A stretch of 64,000 nucleotides of DNA from Candidatus Rokuibacteriota bacterium (GTDB lineage: Bacteria > Methylomirabilota > Methylomirabilia > Rokubacteriales > CSP1-6): positions 1,955-65,954 of the forward strand of contig JBBDXN010000155.1 of NCBI GenBank assembly GCA_040902305.1. The letters run 5' to 3'. The position numbers and the translations under genes were made by a program. Below, piece after piece: positions 1 through 8,370 of the stretch. Position 1 is the first letter of the stretch. Each line of letters begins with the position of its first letter. The notes under the pieces were generated by a model, which saw nothing but the letters and a program-made list of their open reading frames with translations, ran no database searches and was not told where the DNA came from.

Positions 1-50
1 TAACCGCCGGTCCCGCCCGAACCCATCACCACGATCCGCATGCGCGCCAT
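1..50 (-). CDS. N-terminal fragment of a gene running off the left edge; Rossmann-type NAD(P)-binding start (ketopantoate-reductase/oxidoreductase-like)
   Basis: Reverse strand reads MARMRIVVMGSGGTGG (GxGxxG). Only 16 codons are visible. Confidence 0.3.
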   Translation of the reverse strand, partial: MARMRIVVMGSGGTGG

Positions 51-70
51 GCTGCGAGAGGGGCGCCGGG

Positions 71-895
71 TTGTCAAGCGGCCTCGTGATACCCTCGGTC
101 TCCGTGAGTGAATCTTTCCGCGAGGTCGCGGTGGAGGCGGCGCGGCAGGCCGGCGCCTTCCTCCGATCTCGCTTCGGCGAGCCGCACCGTATCAGCTACA
201 AGGGCAGCCCGACCGATCTCGTGACCGAGATGGACCGGGGCGCGGAGACGATCATCCTCGACGCGATCCTCGCCCGGTTCCCCGCCCACGGCGTCCTGGC
301 CGAGGAGAGCGGCGCGCGGACTGGCACCGAGCCGTGCCGCTGGATCGTCGATCCGCTCGACGGCACCACGAACTACGCGCACGGCCTGCCGATCTACTGC
401 GTGTCGATCGCGCTCGAGGTGGACGGGGTCCTCGCGGTCGGCGTCCTCTACGATCCCAGCCGCGACGAGTGCTTCGTGGCCGAGCGAGGCGGCGGGGCCA
501 CCCTGAACGGCGCGCGGCTGCGCGTCTCGCGGACGGCGGCCCTCGGCGAGAGCCTGCTCGGCACGAGCTATCCGAACGACCTGCGGGCGGCCCCGCGCAA
601 CAACCTCGCCGAGCACGCCGCCCTCCTCCAGCGCTGTCGCAGCGTGCGCAGCCTGGGTTCCGCCGCGCTCGGCCTGGCCTCCGTCGCGGCCGGGCGGCTC
701 GACGGGTACTGGGAGCAGCGGCTGGGCGCCTGGGACGTGGCCGCGGGCGCGCTCCTGATCCGGGAGGCGGGCGGCACCGTGACCGCCGTCCACGGCGGGC
801 CGCTCGATCTCGCGGTGCCGACCGTCGCCGCCTCCAACGGCTCCATCCATTCCGACCTGATCCTGGCCCTCAAGGAGGTCACGGCCCCGCAATGA
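71..895 (+). CDS. inositol monophosphatase family protein (SuhB/IMPase-like)
   Basis: Motifs EMDRGAE, WIVDPLDGTTNYAHG and AWDVAAGALLIREAGG. Start is ambiguous (TTG 71, GTG 86 or GTG 104). Confidence 0.9.
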   Translation: MSSGLVIPSVSVSESFREVAVEAARQAGAFLRSRFGEPHRISYKGSPTDLVTEMDRGAETIILDAILARFPAHGVLAEESGARTGTEPCRWIVDPLDGTTNYAHGLPIYCVSIALEVDGVLAVGVLYDPSRDECFVAERGGGATLNGARLRVSRTAALGESLLGTSYPNDLRAAPRNNLAEHAALLQRCRSVRSLGSAALGLASVAAGRLDGYWEQRLGAWDVAAGALLIREAGGTVTAVHGGPLDLAVPTVAASNGSIHSDLILALKEVTAPQ

Positions 896-1260
896 CCGAG
901 GAGACGAGCGCGCAGCCGGTGCAGGTGAGGACGATCCGCGTCGAGGTCGCGCGGGCGGGAGAGCACGAGATCGAGATCACCGCGACCCTGGTGGGCGAGC
1001 GGCCCCGCGACAGCCCCCGCTGGTTCGGCGCCGAGCCGCCCCGGGTGATCCACGACATGCGGCTCGGCCTGCGGGTGTGCCACCCCGATCTGGCCATCAC
1101 CGAGGCGCGGAGCCAGATGGCGTCGCATCCCTACACGATCTGTCCCGAGGCCCTGCCGCCGCTGCGGCAGCTCGTCGGGCTCTCCATCTCGCGCGGCTTC
1201 ACCCGGGAGGTCAACGAGCGCTTCGGCCGGCAGCGCGGCTGCGCGCACTTCACCGGCTGA
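892..1260 (+). CDS. DUF2889-like hypothetical protein
   Basis: ATG at 892 overlaps the upstream stop (ATGA). The 122-aa product is the C-terminal part of track ORF 334..1260 (MTEETSAQPVQVRTIRVEV...GCAHFTG). Family call is from memory of DUF2889 architecture. Confidence 0.5.
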   Translation: MTEETSAQPVQVRTIRVEVARAGEHEIEITATLVGERPRDSPRWFGAEPPRVIHDMRLGLRVCHPDLAITEARSQMASHPYTICPEALPPLRQLVGLSISRGFTREVNERFGRQRGCAHFTG

Positions 1261-1323
1261 TCCGGGCGGGCGACGAAGCGGGCTGCGCGGGCTCTCCGCC
1301 TACCCGCGCGATCCCGAGCCGGG

Positions 1324-1785
1324 CTAGAGGCCCGGCACCGGGTGGCGCCGCCCGCCCAGCACGAGAACGGCGCGGCCACCCGGCTCGTCGGGCTGCACGT
1401 GCTGGAGGAGCTGGTAGGTCGCCGCCCGGCTCAGTCGCGCGTCGAATCGGCCCGCCTTCACGCGGCAGCGCGGGACGCCGCGCTCGTCCACGCGGAGGGT
1501 GTCGAGCGGCACCCGCTCCCGGGTCAGATCGTTGAGGGTGGCGACGAGCCCGTCTCCCTCGCCTTCCACGCGCTCCACCACGAACGGCGCGTCCTCCACT
1601 TCCACCGGCACCCGCGCGGGCCCGACCTGCAGGAAGTGCCCGCGCTCGTCCACCTGGAGGTTGTCGCGGAGGTTGGAGACGATGCCCGCGTGGGTGACCT
1701 CGGCGTCGTCGTGGAACCAGGCGCCGTCCCGATCGATGCGCAGCTTCGGCAGGGTCCAGGTCGAGGGATCGGGCGTGGGAGTCAC
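1324..1785 (-). CDS. DUF1285 family protein
   Basis: GTG at 1785 overlaps the stop of the upstream gene (GTGA). Contains LRIDRDGAWFHDDAEVTH and VEVEDAPFVV, typical of DUF1285. The track ORF extended to 2181 is read-through. Confidence 0.6.
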   Translation of the reverse strand: MTPTPDPSTWTLPKLRIDRDGAWFHDDAEVTHAGIVSNLRDNLQVDERGHFLQVGPARVPVEVEDAPFVVERVEGEGDGLVATLNDLTRERVPLDTLRVDERGVPRCRVKAGRFDARLSRAATYQLLQHVQPDEPGGRAVLVLGGRRHPVPGL

Positions 1786-3092
1786 CGGAAGGTCACCGCG
1801 CAGAACGTCACCGCGCCTTCCGGATCCGGCCACTGGGCATAGCGTAGCAGGCGGCCGCACGCCTCCGGCAGGAGCCGCAGCAGCGTATAGATCGGCGAGA
1901 GGCCGCAGATGCGGCGCGCGTCGTGATCGGCAGCGACCCCGGCGTAGAAGCCGCGCGCGTCGGCCGCCGTCACCGCCTCGAGCATGGCGCGATCCGCCCG
2001 CTCGACCTGCGTCAGCGACGCGGTGGTATTGGCCTCCGGATCGCCGAAGCGCGGCCCGACGTGGGCAAGATCCACGCCCGCGACCAGACAGACGCGGCGG
2101 GAGGACGCGGCCATGGTCTCGCGCAGCGCGTCCACGAACCGCGGGACGCGCGGGTCGGTCTCGGGATCGCCGCCGGTCCACAGCGCCTCGTGCAGGTACG
2201 AGGCGAGCACGGGCAAGATTGCGAAGGGCCGGTGCCGGCCCACGACGTGCTGGAGCATCACCGCCTGGAACTCGATCGAGTGCTCCGCGCGGTGCGCCGG
2301 CTCGGAGGCCAGCAGGTCCTGACCGGCCCGTCGGCTGAGCGCGTCGTAGAAGTCGCGATCCACCGGGACCGCGCCGAGCGGCGTGTCGTACGGCTTGAGC
2401 GTGACCGCGAACGGATCGGCCATGCCCGCGTGGCAGGTGCCGAGCACCACGTAGAGGTCGGCGTCGGAGCGGTCGAGGACTTCCTGGTAGGCCCAGGCGT
2501 AGGTGGAGCCGCCCCGGTGGAAGTCGATATGCGGGGCGATGATGGCTTTGGGAGCCGCAGCCGAAGGCGAGGCGAGGATCGCTTTGGGAGCCGCAGCCGA
2601 AGGCGAGGCGACCGGATCAGTAGAGAAGCTACCGTTGACAGAAAAGCTACCGTTGACCGCACCATCCGGCCCGTCAGGGCCGGAAAAAAACCCGTCGATC
2701 TGCTGCGCCAGCGACACGCCGTCCCCGGCGTAGGCCCCGCCCGCGTGGGCGGCCGGCCGCACCGGGCTCTGACGGAAGGCGTCCTCGATCGTGCGCCGGC
2801 GCTCCCGGAATCGCTCGCTGTCGAGGAACCCGGCGTGGTCGAAGCGCTCGATGACGTCGGTGATCTGCTCGAGCGTCGGAGCCTCGCCGTGGCGGTGCGT
2901 GAGAATCTCGCGGATGCCCTCGACCGAGTGATCGCCGTCGAAGAGCGAGACCAGGTCCAGCAGAGGCCCGGGGAGCACCGCGATCTGATCGGTGAAGCCG
3001 GCGGGGTCGCGCAGGGCCACGCACCGCTGCCCTTCGTGCTCGACCGGAAAGGCCTCCAGCGCCCGGAGCCGCGGGTTGCCGGCGTGGGTCAC
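1782..3092 (-). CDS. Memo-like protein (AmmeMemoRadiSam system protein B family) with N-terminal extension and repeat-containing linker
   Basis: IIAPHIDFHRGGSTYAWAY, GTCHAG, HSIEFQ and VAGVDLAHVGPRFGD resemble the Memo/dioxygenase-B fold. GTG start overlaps the M20 stop. Confidence 0.75.
   Translation of the reverse strand: MTHAGNPRLRALEAFPVEHEGQRCVALRDPAGFTDQIAVLPGPLLDLVSLFDGDHSVEGIREILTHRHGEAPTLEQITDVIERFDHAGFLDSERFRERRRTIEDAFRQSPVRPAAHAGGAYAGDGVSLAQQIDGFFSGPDGPDGAVNGSFSVNGSFSTDPVASPSAAAPKAILASPSAAAPKAIIAPHIDFHRGGSTYAWAYQEVLDRSDADLYVVLGTCHAGMADPFAVTLKPYDTPLGAVPVDRDFYDALSRRAGQDLLASEPAHRAEHSIEFQAVMLQHVVGRHRPFAILPVLASYLHEALWTGGDPETDPRVPRFVDALRETMAASSRRVCLVAGVDLAHVGPRFGDPEANTTASLTQVERADRAMLEAVTAADARGFYAGVAADHDARRICGLSPIYTLLRLLPEACGRLLRYAQWPDPEGAVTFCAVTFR
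2542..2616. repeat. 36-bp tandem direct repeat x2 inside the Memo-like CDS
   Basis: GCTTTGGGAGCCGCAGCCGAAGGCGAGGCGA occurs at 2545 and 2581 (31 identical nt). It encodes ASPSAAAPKAI twice on the minus strand. Confidence 0.95.
2622..2657. repeat. 18-bp tandem direct repeat x2 inside the Memo-like CDS
   Basis: A(G/A)AAGCTACCGTTGAC appears twice with an 18-nt period. It encodes VNGSFS twice. Confidence 0.9.
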
Positions 3093-4321
3093 TCAGCTTC
3101 GAGGTAGTTCAGAGCCGATGCGACGTAAATCTTCGCTGCCTCGACGACTTGCTCCACTCTGACGAACTCGTCGACCTGGTGCGGAATCAGGCGATCCCCG
3201 GGCCCGCAGGTGACGATCGGGATGCCGAGCTCCATCCGGAGGATGGTGCCATCGGTCGAGCCCGGGACGCCGCCGTACTTCGGCGCCCGCCGGGTCGCCT
3301 GCTTGACCCCGCGGATCATCGCCTCCACCAGGGCCTCGGAGCGGTCGACCTTGGTGGCGAGCCGGAAGGCGTTGACCGGCTCCCACTCCACCTTGATCCC
3401 GGGCTGGGCGGCGGCCGCGTCCCGGCAGATCGCCTCAAGCTCGGTGCGGACACCGTCGGCCCCGATCCCCGGGGTGAGCCGGATGTCGAACGTGGTCTCG
3501 GCCAGCGCCGGGATCACGTTCGATTGCGGCACGCCGACCCCGGGGGGTGGCCCCTGGATGATGGTCGGGGTCACCGTCGGAGGCCGCAGATAGCGGCTCT
3601 TCTCGCAGGCCTTCCGGAGCCGCCGCTCGAGGCCGGGCGCCGCGGCCAGCAGCCGGCCGAGACAGGCGATCGGGTTGACGCCCGCCTCCGGCATCGCCCC
3701 GTGGGCCATCTTGCCGCGAACGCGGAAGCGCGCCCAGACCACGCCGCGCTGCTCGAGGCACAGCTCGTTCTCCTCCGGCTCGCAGATGATGGCGGCGTCC
3801 AGCTCGCGGCCCACCGGCGTGCCGCACAGGTGCCGCACGCCGATCATGCCGTCTTCCTCGTCCACGAGCGCGCCGACCACCAGCTTGCCCCGTAGCGCGA
3901 CGCCGGCCCGCTTGAACGCGGCGGCGGCCACCATGGCGGCAGCCAGGCCGCTCTTCATGTCGGCGGTGCCCCGGCCGTAGATGCGCCCGTCCACCATGTC
4001 GGCCCCGAAGGGCGGATGCGACCACTCGGCCGGATCGCCCTCGGTCACGACGTCCGTGTGGCCTTCGAGCAGCAGGCTCTTCCGACCCGGACGCTTCTCG
4101 CCGAGCCAGCCGATGACGTTGGGCCGGCCGGGCGCGACCTCCTGCACCTCCACCTCGAAGCCCTCGCGCCGGAGCCAGCCCTCGACGAAAGCGGCGACCC
4201 GGGCTTCGGTGGCCTCCAGGTCGCCGGGGCGGTAGACGCTGGGAATGCGGACGAGCGCACGAGTCAGCTCGACGACCTCGTCCGCGTCGATCTTGCGGAG
4301 GACCTGCGACAGCGCGGTCAC
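3089..4321 (-). CDS. M20 family metallopeptidase (ArgE/DapE/ACY1 type deacylase)
   Basis: LVRIPSV, LLLEGHTDVV, GRGTADMKSG, VDEEDG and GSTDG motifs. 410 aa. Confidence 0.85.
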   Translation of the reverse strand: MTALSQVLRKIDADEVVELTRALVRIPSVYRPGDLEATEARVAAFVEGWLRREGFEVEVQEVAPGRPNVIGWLGEKRPGRKSLLLEGHTDVVTEGDPAEWSHPPFGADMVDGRIYGRGTADMKSGLAAAMVAAAAFKRAGVALRGKLVVGALVDEEDGMIGVRHLCGTPVGRELDAAIICEPEENELCLEQRGVVWARFRVRGKMAHGAMPEAGVNPIACLGRLLAAAPGLERRLRKACEKSRYLRPPTVTPTIIQGPPPGVGVPQSNVIPALAETTFDIRLTPGIGADGVRTELEAICRDAAAAQPGIKVEWEPVNAFRLATKVDRSEALVEAMIRGVKQATRRAPKYGGVPGSTDGTILRMELGIPIVTCGPGDRLIPHQVDEFVRVEQVVEAAKIYVASALNYLEAE

Positions 4322-4337
4322 AGCGGGAGCGGGGCGG

Positions 4338-4640
4338 CTATTCCAGCGGGAACGACAGGATGATCGCGTCGAGCCGGATCACGCGATGCTCTTCCCCGGC
4401 GATGTAGAAGTAGTGCCCCTCCACTTCCTCGGGGTTCTCCTCGAAGGCCACCACGGAACGGAGCGGCGGCATGTCCCGGAAGGCATTGGCCCCCTCGTCG
4501 AATCCGTCGCCGCGGCCCACCACCTCGCCGTAGCGGATCGGCGAGCCCTTCGGGCAGTGCACGCGCACATCGGCGGGCGGCTCGGCCATGAGCCGCACGA
4601 GAAGGTTGATGCCGTACACCTGGAACTGGATATCAGGCAT
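4338..4640 (-). CDS. small GroES/Cpn10-fold-like hypothetical protein
   Basis: 100 aa. INLLVRL...YGEVVGRGDG...SVVAF...EHRVIRLDAIIL mirrors the GroES strand pattern. AGAGGGA Shine-Dalgarno (SD) lies before the ATG. Confidence 0.45.
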   Translation of the reverse strand: MPDIQFQVYGINLLVRLMAEPPADVRVHCPKGSPIRYGEVVGRGDGFDEGANAFRDMPPLRSVVAFEENPEEVEGHYFYIAGEEHRVIRLDAIILSFPLE

Positions 4641-4667
4641 GGGTCCCTCTGATGGTGGATTTCTTCG

Positions 4668-4679
4668 ATACTACCACAA
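4668..4679 (-). promoter_or_regulatory. putative extended -10 promoter of the GroES-like/M20/Memo/DUF1285 operon
   Basis: Minus strand reads TTGTGGTAGTAT (TGnTAGTAT), 27 nt before the ATG. Confidence 0.3.
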
Positions 4680-4727
4680 GCGCTGGATCGTGACCGGGGG
4701 CCCGGCGCGGATGCGGCAAGTGCTTGA

Positions 4728-5831
4728 TCAGGCGCCGATTCCGGGAAGCGCCCCCTGCCCGTCGTGGCCCTCGATGCCCTCCAGCTTGCCCTCGAGCCGC
4801 CCGAGCCCGGAAGCCGCGTCGTCGTACTTGTTCCGGGCATTGGTCAGGTGCCGGCCCACCACGTCGAAGGCCTCCCGGAACTTGTCGAGATCCCCCCGTA
4901 GCCGGCCGAGCCGGGCCTGGATCTCCTGGGCATCCCGCTCGATCCGGAGGCCGCGCAGGCCCAGCACGATGACCCGCAGGTAGGCGTAGAAGGTGTTCGG
5001 CGAGACCGGCACCACCCGGCGCCCCAGGGCGTAGGCGGCGGGCGGCTCCTCCTCGCTGTCTTCCTTGACGATGATCTCGTAGTAGATGTTCTCGGCCGGG
5101 ATGTACATCAGAGCGAAGTCGAAGGTGCCTTCGTCGGGCAGGATGTACTTCTTGGCGATCTCGTCCACCCGGTTCTTGACGTCCCGGAGAAACGCGCGGC
5201 GCAGGGCGGGACGCCGCTCCTCATCCGTCTCGTCCAGGATCCGGCGGAATCCCTCGAGCGGGAACTTGGCGTCCACCGGCACGAGCCGCTCGCCGAGGCG
5301 GATGGTCGCGTCCACGCGGTCCCCGGTCGCGAACGCGTGCTGGAGCGTGTACTGATCGCGCGGCAGCATCTGGGCCAGCAGGTTCTCCAGCAGCGTCTCG
5401 CCCACGCCCCCCCGGATCTTCGGGGACTTGAGGAGCTGCTCGAGACCCGCGATGTCGCGCCCCACGTCGAAGACGCGCTGGGTCACCTCGCCGAGCTTGC
5501 CGAGGCTGCCCTGCACCTCGCCCACCACCTGGCCCACGTGCTGGAGCTGCTGCTGGACCCCGCTGCCCACCTGCCCCATCTGCGCGGTCATCCGGCTCGC
5601 GAACTGGTGCAGCTCCTCCTTCACGGTGGCCAGCGTCTCGCTCCGGGCTTGATGGGCCTCGGTGCGCGCGGTGTGGATATCACGCTGCAGGAGCAGGAGC
5701 GCCTGGTCCGGCTGCTGGCGGGCCGCCTCGAGGGCGCCGAGCCGCGCCACCGCCCGCCACAGGGCGACCGCGGTGAGCCCGACCAGCAGCGCGAGCGCGA
5801 CGACGACCACCCACAGCCACGCCGCGGTCAT
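4728..5831 (-). CDS. rmuC: DNA recombination protein RmuC
   Basis: N-terminal TM helix and coiled coil, then VPVDAKFPLE, FALMYIPAENIYYE and VVPVSPNTFYAYL. ATG at 5831 overlaps the upstream stop (ATGA). Only the C-terminal 367 aa of track ORF 4728..7433 are real. Confidence 0.9.
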   Translation of the reverse strand: MTAAWLWVVVVALALLVGLTAVALWRAVARLGALEAARQQPDQALLLLQRDIHTARTEAHQARSETLATVKEELHQFASRMTAQMGQVGSGVQQQLQHVGQVVGEVQGSLGKLGEVTQRVFDVGRDIAGLEQLLKSPKIRGGVGETLLENLLAQMLPRDQYTLQHAFATGDRVDATIRLGERLVPVDAKFPLEGFRRILDETDEERRPALRRAFLRDVKNRVDEIAKKYILPDEGTFDFALMYIPAENIYYEIIVKEDSEEEPPAAYALGRRVVPVSPNTFYAYLRVIVLGLRGLRIERDAQEIQARLGRLRGDLDKFREAFDVVGRHLTNARNKYDDAASGLGRLEGKLEGIEGHDGQGALPGIGA

Positions 5832-6712
5832 GCGCGGCTTCCCCTCCGGCCCCGCCAGTGGCGGCACACCGGCCGGAGCCGGCAGGGCGCGCACACCGCT
5901 TCGTCGCGCCGGTCGAGGCACTGGCCCGACATCCGCGTGTGGCAGAGCGAGAAGTCGTACTTCACCGGGTCGAGCGGATCGAGCAAGCGCAGCTTCGCGG
6001 TGATCTCCTCGGCCATCTTCCAGTTCCGGCTGCGGCGGCGCGTGAGCCCCACCGCGCGGGCCATGTTCTCGATGTGCGTGTCCACCGGGATCAGCAGCGC
6101 GGCCGGCGGGATGTCCGTCCAGAGGCCGAAGTCGGGTGGCTCCCGGCGGACCATCCAGCGCAGGAAGAGGTGCAGGCGCTTGCACGGCCCGCCGGTCGAC
6201 GGCCGGGGGAACCAGTGCCGATAGCCGTAGGAGAGCCGGTTGCGCGGGAACACCGCGGAGAGATCCTGGCTGAGAAACTCGCCGACGAACCGCTCGAGGG
6301 CCGGGCCCACGTGCGGATCCTCCGCGGAGAAGCCGGCGCGGAAGCAGGCGCCGAGGGAGCCGTGACGGATCACGATGCGCTGGGTGGCGAGACAGAACGC
6401 GGCGAGATCGCGGGGGCGATTGAACCGGTAGCGGAAGCCCTCGAAGCGCGCGGCGTGCTTGGCCGGATCGAAGCCCAGGATGAAGCGCGCGGGCGAGTCG
6501 CCCATGCGGGCGAGGGTCCAGTCGATCCAGGGGCCGAACAGGTCCACCCGGCCATAGGCCATGCAGGCGGACAGCAGCGCGACCACCTCGCGGTCGGCCG
6601 GGTCGCCGTAGCGCATCGGGAAACGAATGGCGTCCAGGTCGGCACGGGCGGCCCAGTCGAACTCGCGGTAGAGCCGCTCGAGCGGCTCCTGGAGCCGGGG
6701 CGATGAACGCAT
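5828..6712 (-). CDS. TIGR02757/DUF2400 family protein (EndoIII-like fold with C-terminal Cys cluster)
   Basis: 294 aa. Contains FLRWMVR, PVDTHI and C-x8-C-x2-C-x5-C near the C-terminus. Confidence 0.65.
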   Translation of the reverse strand: MRSSPRLQEPLERLYREFDWAARADLDAIRFPMRYGDPADREVVALLSACMAYGRVDLFGPWIDWTLARMGDSPARFILGFDPAKHAARFEGFRYRFNRPRDLAAFCLATQRIVIRHGSLGACFRAGFSAEDPHVGPALERFVGEFLSQDLSAVFPRNRLSYGYRHWFPRPSTGGPCKRLHLFLRWMVRREPPDFGLWTDIPPAALLIPVDTHIENMARAVGLTRRRSRNWKMAEEITAKLRLLDPLDPVKYDFSLCHTRMSGQCLDRRDEAVCAPCRLRPVCRHWRGRRGSRA

Positions 6713-6721
6713 CCGCCGCCG

Positions 6722-6731
6722 ATTCTAGCAC
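6722..6731 (-). promoter_or_regulatory. putative extended -10 promoter of TIGR02757-rmuC, leaderless geometry
   Basis: Minus strand reads GTGCTAGAAT, then 9 nt, then ATG at 6712. Confidence 0.4.
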
Positions 6732-6737
6732 GGTCCC

Positions 6738-6766
6738 TTGTGGGGCCGGGGGGCCGCTGCTATCAT
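6738..6766 (+). promoter_or_regulatory. putative sigma70-type promoter of nadX
   Basis: TTGTGG-17 nt-TATCAT, 34 nt before ATG 6801. Confidence 0.4.
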
Positions 6767-6800
6767 CGCCGCACTCTCCGCGCGGAAAGGAAGCCCCGCC

Positions 6801-7580
6801 ATGCTCAAGGTCGGGATCGTCGGGATGGGCGTCATCGGTCACCGCGTCGCGGAGGCGTTGACCCGCGGCATCCCGGGCACCGCGCTGGTGGGCGTCAGCG
6901 TGCGGAAGCCCGCCACCGCGGCCGCCTTCGCCGCGTTGCCGCTGGATACCCTCATCGAGCGCTCGGACCTGATCGTGGAGGCTGCCACCCAGGCCGCGCT
7001 CCGCGAGTTCGGCCCCGCGGTGCTCGCGGCGGGCAAGCACCTGATGGTCCTCTCGGTCGGCGCCCTGGTGGGCGTGCTCGACGACTGGGCGCGGCTGGCC
7101 GAGAAGCACGGCTGCCGCATTCTCATTCCGTCCGGCGCCATCGCCGGCCTCGACGGCGTCAAGGGCGCGCGCGAAGGCGCGATCACCGCCGTCACCATGG
7201 AGACCCGGAAACCGCCGCGCGGGCTCGCGGGCGCGCCCTACATCGAGCAGCAGGGCATCGATCTCGACGCGATCAAGACGGACACCTTGATCTTTGAGGG
7301 GTCGGCCGCCCTCGCGGTCAAGGCCTTCCCGGCCAACGTCAACGTGGTGGCCGCGCTGTCCCTCGCCGGCATCGGCCCCGAGCGCACGCGCATCAAGCTC
7401 TACGCCGTGCCCGGGCAGGTCCGGAACCAGCACCGCATCACGGTGGAGGGCGAGTTCGGCACCCTGCGTATCGAGGTCGAGAACGTGCCGTCGGAGAATC
7501 CGCGGACGGGGCGGCTCTCCTACCTGTCCGCGATCGCGATGCTGCGGGAGATGGGAGCCGCGGTCCAGGTCGGCAACTGA
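6801..7580 (+). CDS. nadX: L-aspartate dehydrogenase
   Basis: MLKVGIVGMGVIG Rossmann start, PSGAIAGLD, ANVNVVAA. GGAAAGGAAG SD lies before ATG 6801. Confidence 0.8.
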   Translation: MLKVGIVGMGVIGHRVAEALTRGIPGTALVGVSVRKPATAAAFAALPLDTLIERSDLIVEAATQAALREFGPAVLAAGKHLMVLSVGALVGVLDDWARLAEKHGCRILIPSGAIAGLDGVKGAREGAITAVTMETRKPPRGLAGAPYIEQQGIDLDAIKTDTLIFEGSAALAVKAFPANVNVVAALSLAGIGPERTRIKLYAVPGQVRNQHRITVEGEFGTLRIEVENVPSENPRTGRLSYLSAIAMLREMGAAVQVGN

Positions 7581-7622
7581 GTCTCCGGACTCAAGTCAAC
7601 GTTCGGCCAGAGGAGGAAATCC

Positions 7623-8048
7623 ATGCTGAAGGAGTTCAAGGAATTCGCGATCAAGGGCAATATGCTGGACCTCGCCGTCGGTATCATCATCGGCGCGGCG
7701 TTCGGGACCCTGATCACGTCGCTCGTGAACGACCTGCTGATGCCCCTGATCTCGGGCGTCATCGGCACCCCCGACTTCAGCAACCTCTTCCTCGTCCTGC
7801 GCAATCCGACCGGAGCCGCCTTCACGTCGGTCACCGCCGCCCGCGAGGCGGGCGCCGCGGTCCTGGCCTACGGGCTCTTCCTGAACGCGATCATCGCCTT
7901 CCTGATCGTGTCCCTCGCCCTCTTCTTCGTGGTCAAGGGGATGAATCGGCTGCGCCGGCAGGAGGCGGCCGTCCCGGCGCCGCCTCCCCCGCCCACCGCC
8001 GAGGTGCGCCTGCTGGGCGAGATCCGCGATCTCCTTCAGCGGCGGTGA
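7623..8048 (+). CDS. mscL: large-conductance mechanosensitive channel
   Basis: MLKEFKEFAIKGNMLDLAVGIIIGAAFG...LVNDLLMPLI is the canonical MscL N-terminus. GAGGAGG SD. Confidence 0.95.
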   Translation: MLKEFKEFAIKGNMLDLAVGIIIGAAFGTLITSLVNDLLMPLISGVIGTPDFSNLFLVLRNPTGAAFTSVTAAREAGAAVLAYGLFLNAIIAFLIVSLALFFVVKGMNRLRRQEAAVPAPPPPPTAEVRLLGEIRDLLQRR

Positions 8049-8341
8049 GACGGGCCCCGCGGCTCGGCCCGGCCGGCGCGCTCGTGGCGCTGGCGGTGGT
8101 CGGGACGGGCTGCGAGTATTTCCGCGATACCCCGGAACAGGAGCTGGCCAACCGGCGGTGGCGCCAGTGCGCCGAGGGTCTGCGCGACGTCAAGCTCGAC
8201 CGCGTGGACACCGACGGGCGCATCCGCTTCACGTACATCGCGCTGAACGAGCGCGACCGCGTGCTCCGGTGCCTCGAGGCAGCCGGATTGAACGGGCCGC
8301 GGCTTCCGGAGGCCGTCCCGGAAGCCACGGCGGGCAAATGA
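8045..8341 (+). CDS. hypothetical lipoprotein
   Basis: GTG overlaps the mscL stop (GTGA). Signal peptide with lipobox VVGTG-C. Confidence 0.55.
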   Translation: MRRAPRLGPAGALVALAVVGTGCEYFRDTPEQELANRRWRQCAEGLRDVKLDRVDTDGRIRFTYIALNERDRVLRCLEAAGLNGPRLPEAVPEATAGK

Positions 8342-8370
8342 GGCTCGCCTGTCGGCTGCGCCTCGCTCTG

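Noticed and set aside
5832-7433. N-terminal 534 aa of the 901-aa track ORF that ends as RmuC
   Set aside because: This part reads through the TIGR02757 gene in another frame and runs antisense to nadX. RmuC homology, including its N-terminal TM helix, begins at the ATG at 5831, which overlaps the upstream stop.
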